Below are positions 1 through 12,406 of a stretch of DNA of 64,000 nucleotides, in pieces. The DNA comes from Eledone cirrhosa. Its lineage: Eukaryota. Numbering within the stretch: the stretch's first letter is position 1; every line of letters starts with the position of its first letter. Position numbers and translations under genes: made by a program. The stretch spans positions 7,440,001-7,504,000 of the forward strand of contig OZ024766.1 of assembly GCA_964016885.1 (NCBI GenBank), given 5' to 3'. The notes beneath the pieces were generated by a model. It saw only the letters and a list, made by a program, of their open reading frames with translations. It searched no databases and was not told where the DNA came from.

Positions 1-417
1 TGTATATATACTTGTATAATATCAATATACACACTACACATGCTAGCAGATATATAATATCGTCTATTTTTAATGTATCATGGATTACGTTACTGATTAC
101 ATAAGACAGTGTAACACAGTCTTCGTTCAATTTCTATGTATTATAAATTGTCAATTACGATTTTATTTGATGTATCATATCTACATGTATATATACTTGT
201 GTATAATATCAATATACACACTACACATGCTAGCAGATATATAAAATCGTCTATTTTTAATGTATCATGGATTACGTTACTGATTACATAAGACAGTGTA
301 ACACAGTCTTCGTTCAATTTCTATGTATTATATATTGTCAATTACGATTTTATTTGATGTATCATATCTACATGTATATATACTTGTGTATAATATCAAT
401 ATACACACTACACATGC
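1..417. repeat. ~187-bp tandem repeat, about 2.2 copies
   Basis: ATGGATTACGTTACTGATTAC recurs at 80 and 267; the unit runs off the window start. Confidence 0.85.
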
Positions 418-869
418 CAGCAGAAAAACCACCCATCGGGTGGTTTTTCTGCTAATGATTTTTAATGTCTAAAGAAAAGTAATTCTTGCAGGAATGCCAC
501 CATTTAAAATAAAATTTCACTGGAGATAGATCAACTCAATTTAATAAGTGGGGTAATGGTTAGAGTTAGCTGCCACTTAAAATATAATTTCACTGGAGAT
601 AGAACAGCAAAATTTATTAAGCAAGGGTGGGGGAAGATTATTTGAGACCCGAGAGTACATGAGAACATATATATATATATATGTATATATATGTTCTCTT
701 CTATACAATATCCTTCATTTACTGCATTCAGTCTCTCGATTAAGGGAATGCTAAGGCACCGTCTTACGTTAACCATCTTAACCCCAGTACTTATTTTAAA
801 GGTTGATACTTCATTTATCGATCTCTGTTTGTTGACCTGCTAAGTCACAGGACATAACATCGTGTGAGA

Positions 870-928
<59 letters not shown>

Positions 929-1418
929 TATATATATATACATATATATATAATGTGTGTGTATATATGTATATATCAACACACATGCATGTATATAAAT
1001 ACATAATACACATATATCACACATACAGACAGACACATAAATACATATATACACACATGCATATATATATACATACACATACAAAAATACATACATACAT
1101 GCATATATATATATATATATACACATAAATACAAATACACACATGCATACATACATACATACATGCATATGCATATATATATACACACATAAATACAAAT
1201 ACATACATGCATATATATATACATATACATACATACATACACATACAAAAATACATACTTACATGCACATGCATATATAGATATATATACTCACATAAAT
1301 ACAAATACATACATGCATATATATATATAAATACATCTATAAAGATATATATACATACATATATATGTGTGTGAAAGTGGGTGAGTGTAAATACAAGATA
1401 TGTGTGTGTGTGTGCGCA

Positions 1419-1454
<36 letters not shown>

Positions 1455-1457
<3 letters not shown>

Positions 1458-1584
1458 CAAAGTTCTTTCGTCACACATTCTGTGACCTCTTCAGTGACTG
1501 GGGATTCTTTTCTTTGATTTTTGTGCCTCTCCCTTGTTCTGTCACTGAAGAGGTCACATAATGTGTGACGAAAGAACTTTGACA
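1455..1584. ncRNA. Inverted pair of type I hammerhead-like motifs (CUGAAGA core), Penelope-type
   Basis: Plus 1540-1584: TGTCA-CTGAAGA-g-GTCACA..TGTGAC-GAAA-gaa-CTT-TGACA (stem I TGTCA/TGACA). An inverted copy lies on the minus strand at 1455-1498. Confidence 0.6.
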
Positions 1585-1984
1585 ATATATGAACAATCGT
1601 CTGGTTATATATATATTTATGTACCGTATATGCTGGCGTGCAAATCAATTTGGCGGATAAGTCGCCCCCTAAAATTACGAGGGTAGACTTGTGCCTCTGA
1701 GGGGAACTTTCTAGAATAAAAAACCATAGTAACTATAGATCTTTTTTGATTTCTCTTTGCCACGGACTCCTTGTTTTTTCTTTCCCCGATAACTTTCCAG
1801 TTATTGATGCACTGTGGATAGAGGTATTGTCTTTGATGTGTCAAAACATCCGAGACCCACTGCAGACAACTGATGAGGGGATCTGCCGTTCATTTGTGTC
1901 TTCCTTACATTTCTAAACACTCGTTTTTAGTAATCACACAGCACCCTGTCCCTTCTAAATTTATAAATATATATCACCATCATC

Positions 1985-2285
1985 ATCATCATTTTACGTC
2001 CACTTTTCCCTGCTTGCAAGGGTGGGACGGGAACTGATTCTGGCTTGATTTCTACAGCTGGATGCCCTTCCTAACACCAACCTCATTTACAGTGTGGGCT
2101 GGGTGCTTTTTCCGTGGTGCCTACACGTCCACTTTACAGTGTGGGCTGGGTGATTTTTTGCCGTGGCACCTCCACGACCACTTTACAGTGGAATGATAGA
2201 GACCCCAGTCCCTATCATCTCATTTCTACAGCTGAGTAAACTGGAGCAATGTGAAATAAAGTGTCTTGCTCAAGGAAACAACACA
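1985..2285 (-). mobile_element. SINE with RTE-derived 3' tail, 5'-truncated
   Basis: Same sequence as the full copy at 20480-20818; ends in (ATG)n after cccacccttgcaagcagggaaaag. Confidence 0.8.
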
Positions 2286-2288
2286 TCA

Positions 2289-2432
2289 ATATATATATAG
2301 TAATAATAAATACAAGGACCAAAATCCAGAGAGGAATCTGTAAGGGTTGTATATATGTATATATACATACATACACAACCCTTACGGATTCCTCTCTGGA
2401 TTTTGGTCCTTGTATTTATTATTACTATATAT
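2289..2432. repeat. Near-perfect inverted repeat (~60-bp arms, short TA/CA spacer)
   Basis: agtaataataaatacaaggaccaaaatccagagaggaatctgtaagggttgt is mirrored by acaacccttacggattcctctctggattttggtccttgtatttattattact. Confidence 0.9.
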
Positions 2433-2598
2433 ATATATATATTGCATCAGGATTTTACCAGTATTAAACTAGTAGGACCATTATTCAGCAAAATTTGGTA
2501 GACAGAAAATGCGTGGAAGCCCAGCTGATGGACTGTACCTGTGTCATGCTGAGTCTCCCTGAGAATTTTATTAAGCATAGATGTGTAGGTATATATGC

Positions 2599-2693
<95 letters not shown>

Positions 2694-2895
2694 AGTTAGC
2701 GTGTGTAATTGTATGTGTGTATATACATGTGTGTTTATTATGACCGGTGTAAAACTAGTGTTGCATATATATACATACACACACATATATATATATTTAT
2801 TTGAAATTTCTTCTTTTTTTTTAAATTGGTAAAAAAAAAAAAAAGAAAAAATATTGATTATTGATATATAAATAGAGATCGATAAAATAAGGTAC

Positions 2896-2976
2896 CTGAC
2901 TGAAATATGAACTGGGATCAGGGTGATCAGCTAAGACCCTCGAAGGTGCGGGCCCAGACTGGCCATAATCCATTGA
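2896..2976 (-). CDS. CHTOP: Probable in-frame cassette exon of CHTOP (SMDYGQSGPAPSRVLADHPDPSSYFSQ)
   Basis: Acceptor ttttattcttttactggttttcag|, donor cag|gtacct. The exon is 81 nt, phase 0-0 and open, matching the phase-0 end of the 7202-7049 exon. It is unique sequence amid repeats. Confidence 0.6.
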
Positions 2977-3045
2977 CTGAAAACCAGTAAAAGAATAAAA
3001 TGATGAATTCATACAGAGTCAACAATCAAACTGCTTCTAATTTAA

Positions 3046-4906
3046 CCCTTTAGCATTCACATTACTCTATATATACTATTGTATTGTCACAGTAAAGGCT
3101 TTACCTCACATAATATCTCACATAACATTTACATTACTCTATATATACTATTGTATTTTCACAGTAAAGGCTTTACCTCACATAATATCTCACATAACAT
3201 TTACATTACTCTATATATACTATTGTATTGTCACAGTAAAGGCTTTACCTCACATAATATCTCACATAACATTTACATTACTCTATATATACTATTGTAT
3301 TGTCACAGTAAAGGCTTTACCTCACATAATATCTCACATAACATTTACATTACTCTATATATACTATTGTATTGTCACAGTAAAGGTTTTACCTCACATA
3401 ATATCTCACATAACATTTACATTACTCTATATATACTATTGTATTGTCACAGTAAAGGCTTTACCTCACATAATACCTCACATAACATTTACATTACTCT
3501 ATATATACTATTGTATTTTCACAGTAAAGGCTTTACCTCACATAATATCTCACATAACATTTACATTACTCTATATATACTATTGTATTTTCACAGTAAA
3601 GGCTTTACCTCACATAATATCTCACATAACATTTACATTACTCTATATATACTATTGTATTTTCACAGTAAAGGCTTTACCTCACATAATATCTCACATA
3701 ACATTTACATTACTCTATATATACTATTGTATTTTCACAGTAAAGGCTTTACCTCACATAATATCTCACATAACATTTACATTACTCTATATATACTATT
3801 GTATTTTCACAGTAAAGGCTTTACCTCACATAATACCTCACATAACATTTACATTACTCTATATATACTATTGTATTGTCACAGTAAAGGCTTTACCTCA
3901 CATAATACCTCACATAACATTTACATTACTCTATATATACTATTGTATTGTCACAGTAAAGGCTTTACCTCACATAATATCTCACATAACATTTACATTA
4001 CTCTATATATACTATTGTATTTTCACAGTAAAGGCTTTACCTCACATAATATCTCACATAACATTTACATTACTCTATATATACTATTGTATTGTCACAG
4101 TAAAGGCTTTACCTCACATAATATCTCACATAACATTTACATTACTCTATATATACTATTGTATTTTCACAGTAAAGGCTTTACCTCACATAATATCTCA
4201 CATAACATTTACATTACTCTATATATACTATTGTATTTTCACAGTAAAGGCTTTACCTCACATAATATCTCACATAACATTTACATTACTCTATATATAC
4301 TATTGTATTGTCACAGTAAAGGCTTTACCTCACATAATATCTCACATAACATTTACATTACTCTATATATACTATTGTATTTTCACAGTAAAGGCGTTAC
4401 CTCACATAATATCTCACATAACATTTACATTACTCTATATATACTATTGTATTGTCACAGTAAAGGCTTTACCTCACATAATATCTCACATAACATTTAC
4501 ATTACTCTATATATACTATTGTATTTTCACAGTAAAGGCTTTACCTCACATAATATCTCACATAACATTTACATTACTCTATATATACTATTGTATTGTC
4601 ACAGTAAAGGCTTTACCTCACATAATATCTCACATAACATTTACATTACTCTATATATACTATTGTATTGTCACAGTAAAGGCTTTACCTCACATAATAT
4701 CTCACATAACATTTACATTACTCTATATATACTATTGTATTGTCACAGTAAAGGCTTTACCTCACATAATATGAAATCTATGAGATTTTGATATTTATTT
4801 TGAGAAAAATACCTTAACATCAGTATGAGTGGCTAGTTACAGCCAGTTTTAACAGAAAGAGGTGAGAGAATTCTGGCAGGATATGGCCGGTTTAAATGCT
4901 AAAGGG
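3046..4906. mobile_element. piggyBac-type MITE with internal tandem expansion
   Basis: TTAA|CCCTTTAGCATT...AATGCTAAAGGG|TTAA terminal inverted repeats with TTAA target duplication. An unexpanded internal copy lies at 21557-21746. Confidence 0.85.
3058..4770. repeat. 75-bp minisatellite (~23 copies) inside the MITE
   Basis: Unit acattactctatatatactattgtatt(g/t)tcacagtaaaggctttacctcacataatatctcacataacattt; explains the 570-aa ORF. Confidence 0.95.
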
Positions 4907-5379
4907 TTAATAGACAGTGAACCAGAGAGTGAGAATAATCAAGGTAAAAAAAAATTGAAAAAATTTTTAGAAATACAATAAAATTTAGTAATAAAATAAA
5001 ATCTAAAAACAAAATTAGATATCGCCTTCTTGCTCTCACACAGTGGATATGTAAATGTCTTTGTGAGTTTTATATCAAATATAAAACAATATTTGATTCG
5101 TTTGCAAGCAAACAGTCTTATTATGCTATGTTTTAAAGATGTCCATCACCATCCTTTTGTGCTAGTGGTGACACAGAGAAGTAGTTGGCACCAAGGGTAG
5201 AAGATGAGACAGTATCAGAATGAGGTTCAATCTTTGACAGCCATGGGCGTGTTTCTGCCATATTAGACCTCGTCGATGAAATAGTTTCTCTCTTATCTTG
5301 ACTGTATGTAAGAGCAAAGAACTGTTGCTAACTATTTGCAAATGAGAGACAGCTTCATATGTAAACTGTTAATATTTAA

Positions 5380-6990
5380 CTGACAGATAGACACATAGAC
5401 AGATAGATAGACTGACAGACTGATGGATAGACAGGTAGACAAGTCGACAGATAAATAGACAGACAGAGAGTTAGACAAACTGTCAAGTAGCCAGATAGAC
5501 CGACCAACTGACAGATAGACAGACAGACAGACTGACAGGTAACCAGTTAGACAGACAGGTAACCAGTTAGACAGACAGACTGACTGGTAACCACTTAGAC
5601 AGACAGACTGGTAACCACTTAGACAGACAGACAGACTGACTGGTAACCACTTAGACAGACAGACTGGTAACCAGTTAGACAGAAGACTGACTGGTAACCA
5701 CTTAGACAGACAGACTGACTGGTAACCACTTAGACAGATAACCAGTGAGACAGACAGACTGACTGGTAACCACTTAGACAGACAGACAGGTAACCACTTA
5801 GACAGACAGACTGACTGGTAACCACTTAGACAGACTGACTGGTAACCACTTAGACAGACAGACTGACTGGTAACCACTTAGACAGACAGACTGACTGGTA
5901 ACCACTTAGACAGGTAACCAGGTAGACAGACAGACTGGTAACCACTTAGACAGACAGACTGACTGGTAACCACTTAGACAGATAGACAGGTAACCACTTA
6001 GACAGACAGACTGACTGGTAACCACTTAGACAGGTAACCAGGTAGACAGACAGACTGGTAACCACTTAGACAGACAGACTGACTGGTAACCACTTAGACA
6101 GATAGACAGGTAACCAGTTAGACAGACAGACAGGTAACCACTTAGACAGACAGACAGACTGACAACCAGTTAGACAGACAGACTGACTGGTAACCACTTA
6201 GACAGATAACCAGTTAGACAGACAGACTGACTGGTAACCACTTAGACAGATAACCAGTTAGACAGACAGACTGACTGGTAACCACTTAGACAGATAACCA
6301 GTCAGACAGACAGACTGGTAACCAGTTAGACAGACAGACTGACAGGTAACCAGTTAGACAGACAAGTAACCAGTTAGACAGACAGGTAACCAGTTAGACA
6401 GACAGACAGGTAACAAGTTAGACAGACAGACTGACTGGTAACCAGTTAGACAGACAGACTGACAGGTAACCAGTTAGACAGACAGACTGACTGGTAACCA
6501 GTTAGACAGACAAGTAACCAGTTAGACAGACAGGTAACCAGTTAGACAGACAGACTGACAGGTAACCAGTTAGACAGACAGGTAACCAGTTAGACAGACA
6601 CAGACAGACTGGTAACCAGTTAGACAGACTGGTAGCCACTTAGACAGACAGACTGACTGGTAACCACTTAGACAGGTAACCAGTTAGACAGACAGACAGA
6701 CTGACTGGTAACCAGTTAGACAGGTAACCAGTTAGACAGACAGACAGACTGGTAACCAGTTAGACAGACAGGTAACCAGTTAGACAGAAAGACTGGTAAC
6801 CAGTTAGACAGACAGGTAACCAGTTAGACAGACAGGTAACCAGTTAGACAGACAGGTAACCAGTTAGACAGACAGACTGACAGGTAACCAGTTAGACAGA
6901 CAGACTGACTGGTAACCAGTTAGACAGACAGGTAACCAGTTAGACAGACAGACAGGTAACCAGTTAGACAGAAAGACAGTTAGACAGGTA
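5380..6990. repeat. Compound (GACA)n / GGTAACCA(C/G)TTA minisatellite
   Basis: Dozens of ggtaaccacttagacagacagactgact variants. Confidence 0.95.
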
Positions 6991-7048
6991 GGAAAACAGA
7001 TTTAAAAAAAAAAAACAACCCAACAAACGTTTGGATCTCAAAACCTAC

Positions 7049-7202
7049 CCTCTTGATCTTTAGAGCTGCAATAACGCTCGGTCTGTTGGCCATCTGCTGG
7101 GCTAGCCTGCGGTTCCGCACGGAGGCCTGCTGTTGTGCCGCCATCTTGGCACGGATATTCTGCACAGTCACGGGTGGCCGACTCTTCTGTATGTTGGTGA
7201 AG
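7049..7202 (-). CDS. CHTOP: CHTOP (chromatin target of PRMT1) second coding exon
   Basis: Encodes (R)[51 protein letters not shown], colinear with human FTNM...[26 protein letters not shown]. Acceptor atgaag|c, donor agg|gtaggt; 154 nt; phase fits the upstream exon. Confidence 0.95.
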
Positions 7203-7669
7203 CTTCATGGAGCCGGAGGCAGGTGTGGTTGTGACGAGAGGGGGGTACAGAAGGAGGGCAGTAGAAATAATATATTGATCACCACGGGGTTACCGACGGG
7301 GCTTGGGTGGGGTAGGATCGAGCAAGGGTAGAGTGGTGGGCGCGCCAAGGTGACAGGCGCTGTGAGAGAAAGAGAAGAAGAGAAAGCTGGGGAGAAGGGG
7401 AGCGGGGTGGCTGGGCCACTGCAGGCCGGTTGAAGTGGGTGGAGCGTTGTGCTAGGGACGAGAGTGAGAGAGGGTTGGGGACATTGAGGAGGGAGGCTGA
7501 GAGATGGAGCACGAAAGAAAGAGCACTGCAGGGGCTGAGAGAGAGAGAGAGGGAGGGAGAGAAAGGGGCGTGGCAGCGCAGGGGGAGACAAGAAAGAGAG
7601 AGGAAGGGGTGGAGCTGACAATGGGAAGTGGGGCAAGAAAGAGAAGGAAGCATGGCATTGTAGGGAGAG

Positions 7670-7747
<78 letters not shown>

Positions 7748-7782
7748 AAGACACAGAAGGAGAGACAAAAGAGAAAAGACAA

Positions 7783-7829
<47 letters not shown>

Positions 7830-8315
7830 GATATTAACAAATGGAAACTATATTTATAAAACCATATTTATTTCATTATACATATTTCAAGGACACCAAG
7901 TTAAATTATGGTGTGCTTTCATCAGCTAAAATATAATATAGACCAAATGTTAAGATAACTCAACAAGATATGACTTAGAATTTTCGCTCTCTCTCCTTTC
8001 TCTTTTTCTCATTCTTTTTTCTCTGTTGTTCTACTCTCTCTCTCTCTCTCTCTCTCTCCATAACCCAATGGCTTATTTAAAAATATCCAATACTAACTTA
8101 CCTAATAGTATAATTAAAGATATAACCCCACTATCTGGGAGCTTCCAACAGTAATGGTTGCAATCTTTAAGGGTATGTCAATATTTATTTATAAAACTGC
8201 TCTATATTATATTTTATCTGATGAAAGCACACCATAATTTAACTTGGTGTCCTTGAAATATGTATAATGAAATAAATATGGTTTTATAAATATAGTTTCC
8301 ATTTGTTAATATATC
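7830..8315. mobile_element. Penelope-like inverted terminal pair, each arm with a type I hammerhead
   Basis: Arms 7830-7945 and 8200-8315 are inverted. Plus copy: attatattttat-CTGATGA-aagcacacca..tggtgtcctt-GAAA-tatgt-ATA-atgaaataaat. Related copies at 40410-40545, 46580-46635 and 58616-58790. Confidence 0.75.
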
Positions 8316-8404
8316 GTATTTTTACTCCAATTACTTGTTGAGTGCTTTATATCAGTTATAAAAATATTTGCTTGTTGTATCCCAACAATTTAAATAGAAC
8401 TTTT

Positions 8405-8484
<80 letters not shown>

Positions 8485-8581
8485 AATAGGATTTCGCTTC
8501 AAGCATAGCTTTATACAATATGTATAAATATTTCGTATCTCCAAAGAAATACAGTTTTAGGAAGCCGTAGCTATGCAAACA

Positions 8582-8803
8582 CGCCCTCTGGTGGTGTCCA
8601 GCAGAAGCTAAGGGGGACAACCGTCTATGCATTTCAGGCTTAACTGGCCTTCGTCAGGAAGGACCCTCCCACCGCTTGCGACTGCTGAGAATATATTCTT
8701 TTCTCGTCTGTGTAAATGGACCGTCCCGACGAGGGCCAGTTAAGCCTGAAATGCATAGACGGTTGTCTCCCTTGCTTCTGCTGGATTCTCACCAGAGGTG
8801 GCG
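8582..8803 (-). other. Long intronic RNA hairpin (unique sequence)
   Basis: 8616-8649 is the exact reverse complement of 8734-8767 (34 bp), extendable to ~85 bp with few mismatches. Confidence 0.9.
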
Positions 8804-8804
8804 C

Positions 8805-9780
8805 AAGAAAAAGAGAGAGAGAAGGCAGAGACAAAAGGGGAAAAGACAAGAAATAGAGAGGGGGGGGGGGGAGAAAGAGAAGGGGGGGGGGGCAGAGAGG
8901 GCAAGAAAAAGAGAGAAAAAGCAGAGGAGGGACAAAAGGGAGAAAAGACAAGAAATAGAGAGAGAGAGAGAGGGGCGTAGCAAGAAAGAGAAGGGGCATG
9001 GCACTGCAGAGGGGGAGAGAAATGGGCAGAGCCAACAATTGGAGCCGGGGCCAAGAAAGAGTGAGAGACAAAAGGGGAAAAGACAAGAAAAAGAGAGAGA
9101 GAGGGGGAGGGAATGGCATAGCAAGAAAGAGAAGGGGACATGGCACTGCAGAGGGGGGGGTGCAGCAGAGAGGGAGAGAAATGGGCGGAGCCAACAATTG
9201 GAAGCAGGCGGGGCCAAGAAAAAGAGAGAGACAAGAAATAGAGAGAGAGAGAGGGGCGTAGCAAGAAAGAGAAGGGGGCATGGCACTGCAGAGGTGGGAG
9301 GAGGCAGAGAAATGGGCGGAGCCAACAATTGGAGGCAGGCGGAGCCAAGAAAAAGAGACAAGAAATAGAAGGGGGCATGGCACTGCAGAGGTGGGGGGAG
9401 CAGAGAGGGAGAGAATTGGGCAGAGCCAACAATTGGAGGCAGGCGGGGCCAAGAAAAAGAAACAAGAAAGAGAAGGGGGCATGGCACTGCAGAGGTGGGG
9501 GAGGCAGAGAGGGAGAGAAATGGGCTGAGCCAACAATTGGAGGCAGGCGGGGCCAAGAAAAAGAAACAAGAAAGAGAAGGGGGCATGGCACTGCAGAGGT
9601 GGGGGAGGCAGAGAGGGAGAGAAATGGGCTGAGCCAACAATTGGAGGCAGGCGGGGGCCAAGAAAAAGAGAGAGACAAGGCATAGAGGAAGGGACAAAAG
9701 GGGGCAAAAGACAAGAAATAAAGAGAGACGAGAGAGATAGAGAGAGAAAGAGAGAGGAAAAGGGGACATGGAATGGCACT
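8805..9780. repeat. Purine-rich ~120-bp degenerate tandem repeat
   Basis: Recurring ggggcatggcactgcagagg...gccaacaattggaggcaggcggggccaagaaaaag; a diverged unit lies at 7520-7780. Confidence 0.9.
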
Positions 9781-10380
9781 GCTACCACTATATGTGGAGC
9801 ATGTGCCTTGTGGCTCAGTGGCGCACACACAACCATAAAAATCACAACAACATTTTATATATACATGCCCTGAATAATTAGACTCTTCATGGGCTGTTTA
9901 AAATTACATATATATACAATTCTTTTGCATTTTGTATACATTATATATATGTGTATATATATATTGGGCTGTAACATAAATTCCTGCAGGTTTTTTTATT
10001 GAGAAGTTTTATAACAACGGCGGGAAATTATGTTACAATCCAATATATATATTTATATATATATATATACACATATATGTATGTATTTATGTATGTATAT
10101 GTATACAGACACAAAAATATATATTCTTTATATATATATTTATAGTTTGTATATATTTATATATATTTCATATATATTTCATATATTTATTATTATTTTT
10201 GCCAACCTTGATGATATCATTTTTATTATTATTATCATTACCAGTTATACACTGAGGGGGTATTTTGCTGGCCTTGTGCGAAAAGTAGAAACAATTATTA
10301 TTATTATTATATATAATAATTTGTGTTATTATTTGTTGTTTTGCTTTTGTCCCTGCTCCTTTCATTTTGTTGCAAAGACA

Positions 10381-10424
<44 letters not shown>

Positions 10425-10549
10425 GAGATGTTTCACAACAACTAATTGATGTAGAGAGATGATGGTGGTGGTGTTGAAATGATGATGATGGTGATGATAG
10501 AGATACAATAATCAAAGAAGAGGAGATAAGTAGAGAAGTGCTGATTGTG

Positions 10550-11873
10550 AGCTTCATCAGGCCAGCGCTTCCTCCAGTTTCCATGGCATCAGAACAAGAT
10601 TGAGAGTACAAGACTTCCTCCTGGACAGGACACCAGTCCATCACAGATTTAAAGTCTGTCTTAGTTTCATTGGTGTTAAGCGACAGAGAGTACAAGACTT
10701 CCTCCTGGACAGGACACCAGTCCATCACAGGGTTAAAGTCTGTCTTAGTTTCATTGGTGTTAAGCGATAGAGAGAACAAGACTTCCCCCTGGACAGGACA
10801 CCAGTCCATCACAGGGTTAAAGTCTGTCTTAGTGTCATTGGTGTTAAGCGACAGAGAGTACAAGACTTCCCCCTGGACAGGACAACAGTCCATCACAGGG
10901 TTAAAGTCTGTCTTAGTTTCATTGGTGTTAAGTGACTGAGAGAACAAGACTTCCCACTGGACAGGACACCAGTCCATCACAGGGTTAAAGTCTGTCTTAG
11001 TGTCATTGGAGTTAAGCGACTGAGAGTACAAGACTTCCCCCTGGACAGGACACAAGTTCATCACAAGGTTAAAGTCTGTCTTAGTTTCATTGGTGTTAAG
11101 CGACAGAGAGTACAAGACTTCCCCCTGGATAAGACACCAGCCCATCACAGGGCTAAAGTCTGTCTTAGTTTCATTGGTGTTAAGTGATAGAGAGTACAAG
11201 ACTTCCCCCTGGACAGGACACAAGTTCATCACAGGGTTAAAGTCTGTCTTAGTTTCATTGGTGTTAAGCGACAGAGAGTACAAGACTTCCCCCTGGACAG
11301 GACACCAGTCCATCACAGGGTTAAAGTCTGTCTTAGTTTTATTGGTGTTAAGTGACTGAGAGTACAAGACTTCCCCCTGGACAGGACACCAGTCCATCAC
11401 AGGGTTAAAGTCTGTCTTAGGTTTCATTGGAGTTAAGCGACTGAGAGTACAAGACTTCCCCCTGGACAGGACACCAGTCCATCACAGGGTTAAAGTCTGT
11501 CTTAGTTTTATTGGTGTTAAGTGACTGAGAGTACAAGACTTCCCCCTGGACAGGACACCAGTCCATCACAGGGTTAAAGTCTGTCTTAGTTTTATTGGTG
11601 TTAAGTGACTGAGAGTACAAGACTTCCCCCTGGACAGGACACCAGTCCATCACAGGGTTAAAGTCTGTCTTAGTTTTATTGGTGTTAAGTGACTGAGAGT
11701 ACAAGACTTCCCCCTGGACAGGACACCAGTCCATCACAGGGTTAAAGTCTGTCTTAGTTTCATTGGAGTTAAGCGACTGAGAGTACAAGACTTCCCCCTG
11801 GACAGGACACCAGTCCATCACAGGGTTAAAGTCTGTCTTAGTTTTATTGGAGTTAAGCGACAGAGAGTACAAG
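10550..11873 (-). repeat. 90-bp minisatellite (~14 copies) derived from a V-domain-like SINE body
   Basis: Unit contains aaccctgtgatggactggtgtcctgtccagggggaag. The array exits into gaaactggaggaagcgctggcctgatg, which resembles V-SINE central domains (recalled, not searched). Confidence 0.8.
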
Positions 11874-12325
11874 AAGAAAACAAAGAGAACAGACTAGGGT
11901 GAGAGTGAGGAGATGATGACATGGGGACAGTGAAGGGCTGTAGAGCACAACGGTGCTTGGCTGCCAAAGGGTGGCAAGGTAAGGCAGAGCAGGGGGCTGG
12001 GTTTAGAGCAAAGAAGAGACACTGCAGATCATCAGATCTCTGGAGCCAAACACTTTACTGAGGGCAAAATAAGAGAAAGCAAACCATAACACATACGTGT
12101 GTGTGTATGTATATATGTGTGTGTGTGTGTGTTTTGTGGCCACATACACACCATGGAAAGCTTCTTGTCTTAAGCAAGTTTCTTTACTTTTGCTTATTTC
12201 CTGGTTTTTATTTAACCCTTCATATTATGTTGCTTAATTTAAATATATTATATATATATATATAGTCATATATACATATATATTTGAATCATATATATAC
12301 ATATATATGATCATTTTAAATATAT

Positions 12326-12406
12326 ACAGGATGTCCACCCCCAAATGTATACACACTTCAACAGCATTCTAATAAATGTGTATACATTTTGATGGAACAC
12401 CTTGTA
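12326..12406. mobile_element. Small Tc1/mariner-like MITE
   Basis: ta-CAGGATGTCC..aaatgtatacaca / tgtgtatacattt..ggaacaccttg-ta imperfect terminal inverted repeats; sister copy at 45803-45903. Confidence 0.6.

Noticed and set aside
3079-4791. 570-aa repetitive ORF
   Set aside because: A 75-bp (multiple of 3) stop-free minisatellite inside a MITE, antisense within an intron.
10168-11872. 419- and 151-aa repeat ORFs
   Set aside because: 90-bp SINE-derived array with a frameshift.
11912-12062. C/D-box snoRNA (ATGATGA...CTGA)
   Set aside because: The boxes are on the strand opposite the host transcript and there is no terminal stem.
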